From positions 57,738-77,737 of IMG/VR virus record IMGVR_UViG_3300025410_000672: a stretch of DNA of 20,000 nt. One strand, given 5' to 3'. The notes under the pieces are model-generated. The model did not search any database and was not told the origin of the DNA. It worked only from the letters and a program-made list of their open reading frames with translations. Below are positions 14,403 through 20,000 of the stretch, one piece after another. Source of the DNA: an uncultured virus (IMG/VR IMGVR_UViG_3300025410_000672). Its lineage: Duplodnaviria > Heunggongvirae > Uroviricota > Caudoviricetes. How positions within the stretch are numbered: the stretch's first letter is position 1; each line of letters opens with the position of its first letter. A program made the translations under genes and the position numbers.

Positions 14403-15101
14403 ATGGATCGAACTATAGCATGTCTAAAATGGGGGAACAAATATTCTCCTCATTACGTTAATGTATTGTATAATATGTGCAGACGTCACAACTCTGAATA
14501 TTTTAATTTTATTTGTTTTACTGATAATTCAGATGGATTAGATAAAGAAATTATTATTAAATCTTTGCCAAATTCATCATTGCACGGATGGTGGTATAAA
14601 CCATTTGTTTTTTGTAAGGAAAATAATATAAAAGGAACTGTTTTATTTTTAGATCTAGATGTCATTGTCTATGATAATATTGATAAACTTTGGAATTATA
14701 GAAAAAATGATTTTTTAATTATTAGAGATTTTACAAAACATATGAATCCAGCATGGGACAAATTTAACAGTAGTGTTTTTAGATTTGAGGCAGATAATTG
14801 TTATTGGATATGGGAAAAATTTTATAAAGAAAAAACACAAATTATGTCTAAGATGCACGGAGACCAAGATTATCTATATTCTATATTAAAGAATAATGCA
14901 TTTCATTGGCCAGATAACTGGATACAAAGTTATAAATGGGAAATGAGAGATAAACATGATATAATATTAATAGATGGAAAACGTAATTTTAAAGATATTA
15001 AAGATCCTAAATTAACAGAAGAATGCTCTATTGCTGTATTTCACGGTGAACCCAATCCTCACGAAGTTAAAGATCCTTGGGTTATTAAAAATTGGAAGTA
15101 G
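14403..15101 (+). CDS. GT-A fold glycosyltransferase (GT8-like)
   Basis: CLKWG.KY, FLDLDV (DxD), FNSSVF, GDQDY and VFHGEPNP motifs. Confidence 0.85.
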   Translation: MDRTIACLKWGNKYSPHYVNVLYNMCRRHNSEYFNFICFTDNSDGLDKEIIIKSLPNSSLHGWWYKPFVFCKENNIKGTVLFLDLDVIVYDNIDKLWNYRKNDFLIIRDFTKHMNPAWDKFNSSVFRFEADNCYWIWEKFYKEKTQIMSKMHGDQDYLYSILKNNAFHWPDNWIQSYKWEMRDKHDIILIDGKRNFKDIKDPKLTEECSIAVFHGEPNPHEVKDPWVIKNWK

Positions 15102-15130
15102 TTGACTATATCCATAAAGACAACTATACT
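15102..15130 (+). promoter_or_regulatory. Sigma70-like promoter of the UV endonuclease gene
   Basis: TTGACT-N17-TATACT, 6 nt before ATG 15137. Confidence 0.55.
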
Positions 15131-15136
15131 ATAAAT

Positions 15137-16162
15137 ATGACTAAGAAGATAGGCTTTTGTTGCAAATACGTAACTCACGATTCTAAAAAAGGCATTGTTT
15201 CAATTCCCGAATTGAATACCTCTACTACTACTGTAGCATGGCTCAAAAGGCAAACTCAACAGGTTGCAGAACAAAAACTTTGGGATCTTATGGTCCATAA
15301 TATTGAATCAATTAAATTGTTGGTTCAAAAAGTAGGAATGTTAAATGAACAATTACGTATGGTTAGGCTATCCAGTGATATTCTTCCTGTATACACTGAA
15401 TCTAACTTTTCTTATTTTTGGCGCCAAAACGATATTAAATCTTATGCAGAACGAGCTTTTGCCGACGTGGGTATGCTTGCTCGTAAACTGGACGTCAGGC
15501 TTAGTTTTCATCCTGGCCAGTTCTGCGTATTGGCTAGTGATTCAGAAGATATTGTAAAACGTTCAATAGAAGAATTTGAGTACCATGCAGATATGGCTCG
15601 TTGGATGGGCTATGGTAAATATTTCCACGATGAAGGTTTTAAAATTAATGTTCATATTGCTGGCAGGCGTGGTGCCGCTGGCGTTATTGCTGCTCTTCCC
15701 CTTCTTAGTAGTGAAGCTCGCAACCTTATTACCATAGAAAATGAGGAAATGGCTCACGGCCTAGATGATGTTTTAGAATTAGAGAAGTATTGTGCTATTG
15801 TTCTCGACATACACCACCACTGGGTTAAGACTGGCGAGTATATTGATCCTAACGATAATAGAGTTAAACGTGTCATTGACAGTTGGCGCGGTACTCGTCC
15901 AGTTCTTCATTACTCCATTAGTAGAGAAGAACACTTACACGAAACAGTACTTCGTAATAACGAAATGTTATTAGATCTTAATGAACTATTAGAAACAGGA
16001 CATAAGAAACAAAAACTCCGAGCACATTCTGATTATTATTGGAATAGCGCAGTTAACGAATGGGCGTTAGGGTTCTGGGATAATTTTGATATTTGTTGCG
16101 AAAGTAAGGCTAAGAATTTAGCAAGTTTTGCATTGTTTGAACAATCTAAAAATTTATGTTGA
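15137..16162 (+). CDS. uvsE: UV DNA damage endonuclease (UvdE/UvsE)
   Basis: KIGFCC, RLSSDILP, RLSFHPGQF.VLAS, INVH, TIENEE, VLDIHHH, HYS, AHSDY, ESKAKNLA. Confidence 0.93.
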   Translation: MTKKIGFCCKYVTHDSKKGIVSIPELNTSTTTVAWLKRQTQQVAEQKLWDLMVHNIESIKLLVQKVGMLNEQLRMVRLSSDILPVYTESNFSYFWRQNDIKSYAERAFADVGMLARKLDVRLSFHPGQFCVLASDSEDIVKRSIEEFEYHADMARWMGYGKYFHDEGFKINVHIAGRRGAAGVIAALPLLSSEARNLITIENEEMAHGLDDVLELEKYCAIVLDIHHHWVKTGEYIDPNDNRVKRVIDSWRGTRPVLHYSISREEHLHETVLRNNEMLLDLNELLETGHKKQKLRAHSDYYWNSAVNEWALGFWDNFDICCESKAKNLASFALFEQSKNLC

Positions 16163-16186
16163 CATCACATATTTAGAGTGTATTAT
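16159..16186 (+). promoter_or_regulatory. Sigma70-like promoter for the nuclease-methyltransferase pair
   Basis: TTGACA-N16-TATTAT. Confidence 0.6.
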
Positions 16187-16209
16187 TAAAATTATAAATG
16201 GAGATTGAT

Positions 16210-16758
16210 ATGTTAACAGATGCAGTTATTAACGATCTTAAATCATTTGATTGGAAGAAAATTCTTGGAATGGATTTAAAAGATTTAGATAATTCACAAT
16301 GGCGTTTTCTAAAAGGACTAGTAGTTGAACGTACTGTAGAAAAATACAGTGGTAAAGATGGATTAGTTTATGTTGGTGATATTCATAAAGATTATAATTG
16401 GCCAAAACATAATGTAACAGTTGAGTTAAAAAGTCAACTTAGCAATGATATGTACGGTGTAAGAGGACTACCTTGTAAGAATTTCACAATAAAACTGAAT
16501 AATAGTAACGGTACTAATAATAAAGATACTCTTTCTCCTAGTGATGTTGCTGATATACTTCTTGTTGTTCGAAATAACGGTGCATTTGCTATTGATAGAG
16601 ATACTGTAATGAAAAAGGCAAAAAAGGGAGGAGATGGTTTTGAAGTTAAAGTTCACAGAGATGAAATAACCGAGATAACTGGAAAATTGATCGTAGAAGA
16701 CAAAACTAAACCTAATTTTAGAGCCGCGGTAGATGACCTTGTTAAATCACGAATATAA
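16210..16758 (+). CDS. Putative PD-(D/E)XK restriction-like endonuclease
   Basis: E..VE...KD.....VELKSQ pattern; overlaps a DNA methyltransferase gene; GGAG SD before ATG 16210. Confidence 0.55.
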   Translation: MLTDAVINDLKSFDWKKILGMDLKDLDNSQWRFLKGLVVERTVEKYSGKDGLVYVGDIHKDYNWPKHNVTVELKSQLSNDMYGVRGLPCKNFTIKLNNSNGTNNKDTLSPSDVADILLVVRNNGAFAIDRDTVMKKAKKGGDGFEVKVHRDEITEITGKLIVEDKTKPNFRAAVDDLVKSRI

Positions 16759-17620
16759 AGTTTATAACCAATCTTGTATAGAAGGTATGCGTGAGCATAT
16801 AGCAGATGGCTCTGTTGATCTTATTTTCACAGATCCACCATATGGCATCGATGGTGATCAATTAGATGCTCATTATCATAGAGATGAATCTAACGTAGTT
16901 CCAGGTTATATCGATGTTCCTTTAAAAGAATATGCAAAATTTAGTAAAGAGTGGATCGACGAATGTGCTAGAATTTTACGTCCGGGTGGTAGCATTTATA
17001 TTGTTAGCGGATATACCAATTTACATCATATTTTAAATGCTTTACACGACACTGATCTTGTAGAAATAAATCATATCATTGCCAAATATAGTTTTGGAGT
17101 TAGCACAAAGAATAAATTTGTATCAAGTCATTATCATGTTTTGTTTTGGCAAAAACCCGATAAAGGGAAACAAAAGAGGACATTTAATTCAAATTGGAAA
17201 TATACTGATCAAAAAGATAGTTATCATGACAGATTAACTGTTCAAGATATGCCACGTGATTATAAGCCTGGTCAAGTTAAAAATAAAAATCAATTAAGTG
17301 AAGAATTCATTATGAAGTTTATTATGTACTCTAGCAATAGAGAAGATATTGTACTAGATTGTTTTGGTGGAGGTTTAACTACTGCTAGAACTGCCTTACG
17401 ATATGGAAGAAAATTTGTGGGTTTTGAACTTAATAAAAATGCGTATGATACATTTCTTCCTACTTTAGATGATGTTGAAGTTCTTCCAGATCCTGTCCCA
17501 ATTTCACCCAGTGCTGAAGAATTAGCAAAAAGGGAAAAAATGAGACAAGGATGGAAGAACGATAGAGTAAAAAGAAAACAAAAAAATACACTTAATTCAA
17601 AAAACTGGGACGTTTCTTAA
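16733..17620 (+). CDS. N6-adenine/N4-cytosine DNA methyltransferase, beta class
   Basis: VDLIFTDPPY (motif IV) precedes VLDCFGGGLTT...GRKFVGFELN (motif I). Confidence 0.93.
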   Translation: MTLLNHEYKVYNQSCIEGMREHIADGSVDLIFTDPPYGIDGDQLDAHYHRDESNVVPGYIDVPLKEYAKFSKEWIDECARILRPGGSIYIVSGYTNLHHILNALHDTDLVEINHIIAKYSFGVSTKNKFVSSHYHVLFWQKPDKGKQKRTFNSNWKYTDQKDSYHDRLTVQDMPRDYKPGQVKNKNQLSEEFIMKFIMYSSNREDIVLDCFGGGLTTARTALRYGRKFVGFELNKNAYDTFLPTLDDVEVLPDPVPISPSAEELAKREKMRQGWKNDRVKRKQKNTLNSKNWDVS

Positions 17621-17847
17621 ACAGGATTTTTCTTAGGGCGACCACCTTTTTTCTTTGGAGCAATTACTTCAACCGCAGAATCAACTTCTGATATTGCTGT
17701 TTCTTTCTTTTTTCTAGGGGTTTTTTCTTTCTTTACTACTGGCTTCTTATCAACAGCCTTTTTAGCAGTTCTTTTTGCTTTAGGAGGTGGCGGAATTACT
17801 ACCTCTTCTGGCTTAGAACCAAATAAACTTTTTAACCATCCAAACAT
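17617..17847 (-). CDS. Small Lys/Pro-rich basic protein with amphipathic N-terminus
   Basis: AAGGAG SD and TAAATA on the minus strand; MFGWLKSLFG..., C-terminal GGRPKK AT-hook-like motif. Confidence 0.75.
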   Translation of the reverse strand: MFGWLKSLFGSKPEEVVIPPPPKAKRTAKKAVDKKPVVKKEKTPRKKKETAISEVDSAVEVIAPKKKGGRPKKNPV

Positions 17848-17947
17848 ATCTGTCTCCTTTGGTAGGAATATTTATTAAGGTAAATACGATATCCGCACAA
17901 TAATAAATATAATAAATTGCTAAAAATGGTATTTGATTGGAGCCAAG

Positions 17948-20000
17948 ATGGTTAAACAGATTATTAATATAGGTGTTGAAGGTAATGATGCTTCTGGTGA
18001 TCCTATTAGAGAAGCATTTAATAAGGTAAATGAAAACTTCAACGAACTTTATGCTGTATTTGGTAAGGGTGGCCAAATATCAATAACTTCTTTATCTGAT
18101 GGTCCAAGTCAAGTTCTTCCAGAATCAATATTAATTGCAAATGCAAATGCTAGTCAATATATTTCTAAAACCTTAGAAGGTGACGGAATTAGTATTGATA
18201 ATACTGATCCAGAAATTTTAAAATTTACTGTAACAGCATCTAAACTTATTAGTGATAAAAATCCTATTCTTTCAAATCACTTAGATGCTTCTAATTTTGA
18301 TATTTTTAGAGTAGGAAACCCGAATTCAACAGTAGCAGCACATTATGCAGTACCTTTAGACTCATTTGCAATTAATAAAGGATATGCAGATTCTAATTAT
18401 GTAAATAACACCGGCGACACTATGACCGGTCCACTTATTGTTCCTGCAGGACAAACTGGAACAGGCGTTGCTAGAGCAAATGAAACTGTTTTAAAAACAG
18501 GCGGAACTAGTAATCAATTACAAGGTCCTCTTATACTTTTTGAAGATCCATTAGAAACAGACAATCCACTAACAGCAACAACTAAAAATTATGTCGATAG
18601 TTCAACATATTATAGTAAAATTAATTTATATGTTAATACAAAAGGAACAGATAATCAATTTATCTATCCAACAGACAAGCAAGGAAGATCCCCTTCATAT
18701 GCTTTTGCATCTATTGGTGCTGCATGTAGATATGGCGAAACTTTAATTAATTCTGCTCCAGTAACAATTGGTCCATATAGAAAAAGAATTACCTATAATA
18801 ATGGTGCAAACTTTTCTACCGTTGCTTCAATAACACAAACAAGCGGAAGTTATTATCTTTATATAACAAATGCTGGTCCTCAAACTGATCCTAGAAACGG
18901 AAACAATATTACCCCAGGACAATTAATACACGGTATACTAAGTGATGCCTATGCTTTTATTGTTAGCCTCGGCGCCGTGAGTGGAAATCAAGAATTATAT
19001 ATTGTTCAATATACTGGAACTAATACTTTCCAAGTTGGAGAAGGTTTAGAATGGGGCAATAGTATAAAGAACTTACAATTAACTGTATTAATCGAAGCCG
19101 GAGATTATTACGAACACTATCCTATACGTGTTCCAGAAAATACTACTATACTCGGCGATGAGATGAGACGTGTAGTTGTACATCCAAAATCTGGAAGAAG
19201 TGCTGGTTTTCATGTCGATACATATTTTAGAAGAGATACTACATTTGACTCTACTCTAACAATTGCCACACAAAATTATGGTCGTCATTATCTTACAGAT
19301 TCTACAAAACCCTTATACACTGGAACAATTTCTAATCCCGGATACTACAATAATTCTGCATCATTAATTATTGCAAATAAAAATTTCTTAATTGCAGAGA
19401 CTATTGGATATGTTAATCAAGTATGGAATGGGTTGGATTACAATCAAACCACATGTGCTAGAGATTTAGGATATATTATCGATGCTTTAGCATATGACAT
19501 GGCGTTTGGAAGCAATTACCAATCTATTATGGCAGGAAAAGCATATTTTAGAGGATTAGAAGCAGCAGTCGTTTTAGGTGCAGAAAAAACAGCAACACTA
19601 GATTCTCTTACTTATTTGAGTGGGTTACTATCTAATCAAGTAATTGGTGCAAACTCAAAACTTAGCATCACAAATAATATTACAGTTATTAAAAATATTA
19701 TTACAAATGGAATATCATCAACACCTACAATATCATGGACATCTCCATCTTGGATAGATACAGGATTTTCTAATGCTAGACAGATTCTTATAGATAATAT
19801 TTCATTTATCCAGGCTGAAACTATTGCATATCTAACAGCAAATTACTCATCATTGAATTATAATTTAACAACATGTGAACGAGATATTCTTTATATTATT
19901 AATGCTATAGTATATGACTTAACATATGGTGGTAATAGCATGAGTATTCAAGCAGGATATGCTTATTATTCAGGCAACTCTTTAATCATAAATTCATCAG
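17948..20000 (+). CDS. Very large virion structural protein with T4 gp9/gp10-like N-terminus (runs off the window)
   Basis: Manual translation MVKQIINIGVEGNDASGDPIREAFNKVNENFNELY matches the gp9/gp10 N-terminal motif. Also GDTMTGPL, ATTKNYVD and IEAGDYYEHYPIRVPENTTILGDEMRR. GGAG SD and TAAATA upstream. Absent from the ORF track because there is no stop in the window. Confidence 0.85.
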   Translation, partial: MVKQIINIGVEGNDASGDPIREAFNKVNENFNELYAVFGKGGQISITSLSDGPSQVLPESILIANANASQYISKTLEGDGISIDNTDPEILKFTVTASKLISDKNPILSNHLDASNFDIFRVGNPNSTVAAHYAVPLDSFAINKGYADSNYVNNTGDTMTGPLIVPAGQTGTGVARANETVLKTGGTSNQLQGPLILFEDPLETDNPLTATTKNYVDSSTYYSKINLYVNTKGTDNQFIYPTDKQGRSPSYAFASIGAACRYGETLINSAPVTIGPYRKRITYNNGANFSTVASITQTSGSYYLYITNAGPQTDPRNGNNITPGQLIHGILSDAYAFIVSLGAVSGNQELYIVQYTGTNTFQVGEGLEWGNSIKNLQLTVLIEAGDYYEHYPIRVPENTTILGDEMRRVVVHPKSGRSAGFHVDTYFRRDTTFDSTLTIATQNYGRHYLTDSTKPLYTGTISNPGYYNNSASLIIANKNFLIAETIGYVNQVWNGLDYNQTTCARDLGYIIDALAYDMAFGSNYQSIMAGKAYFRGLEAAVVLGAEKTATLDSLTYLSGLLSNQVIGANSKLSITNNITVIKNIITNGISSTPTISWTSPSWIDTGFSNARQILIDNISFIQAETIAYLTANYSSLNYNLTTCERDILYIINAIVYDLTYGGNSMSIQAGYAYYSGNSLIINSS

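Noticed and set aside
1..20000. Stop-codon reassignment (alternative genetic code)
   Set aside because: Recognisable genes are full length in code 11. TAA, TGA and TAG all end genes at sensible boundaries, and no suppressor tRNA is seen.
1..20000. CRISPR array, IS element or integrase
   Set aside because: No regularly spaced direct repeats, transposase or recombinase motifs were seen; intergenic gaps are short and explained by tRNAs and promoters.

Overview
AT-rich, gene-dense, mostly plus-strand segment of a large tailed phage genome, probably T4-like or jumbo. The host is most likely an alphaproteobacterium (Hyphomicrobiales/Rhizobiales), judged from a phage-borne Omp25/RopB-type porin and an FtsH C-terminus. 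The left half is a dispersed tRNA region (Asp, Ser, Leu, Lys, Gln, Gly, Val) mixed with many small envelope-targeted ORFs, kdsC and three HNH-type nucleases. The right half carries two tandem 2OG-Fe(II)-type oxygenases, a fibre-like virion protein, queD, kdsA, a glycosyltransferase, a UvdE/UvsE endonuclease, a putative restriction endonuclease-methyltransferase pair, and the start of a very large gp9/gp10-like structural protein that the ORF track missed. The most unusual stretch is 4883-5650. A truncated 5' tRNA-Gln remnant is followed by a TATAAATA promoter, an HTH-HNH gene and a divergent intact tRNA-Gln abutting the HNH stop codon. Directly after it lies a tRNA-Gly(GCC) with a 24-nt hairpin insertion in its anticodon loop. 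A recurrent TAAATA-N4/5-ATG arrangement suggests leaderless late transcripts. All calls come from reading motifs by eye; no database search was run.
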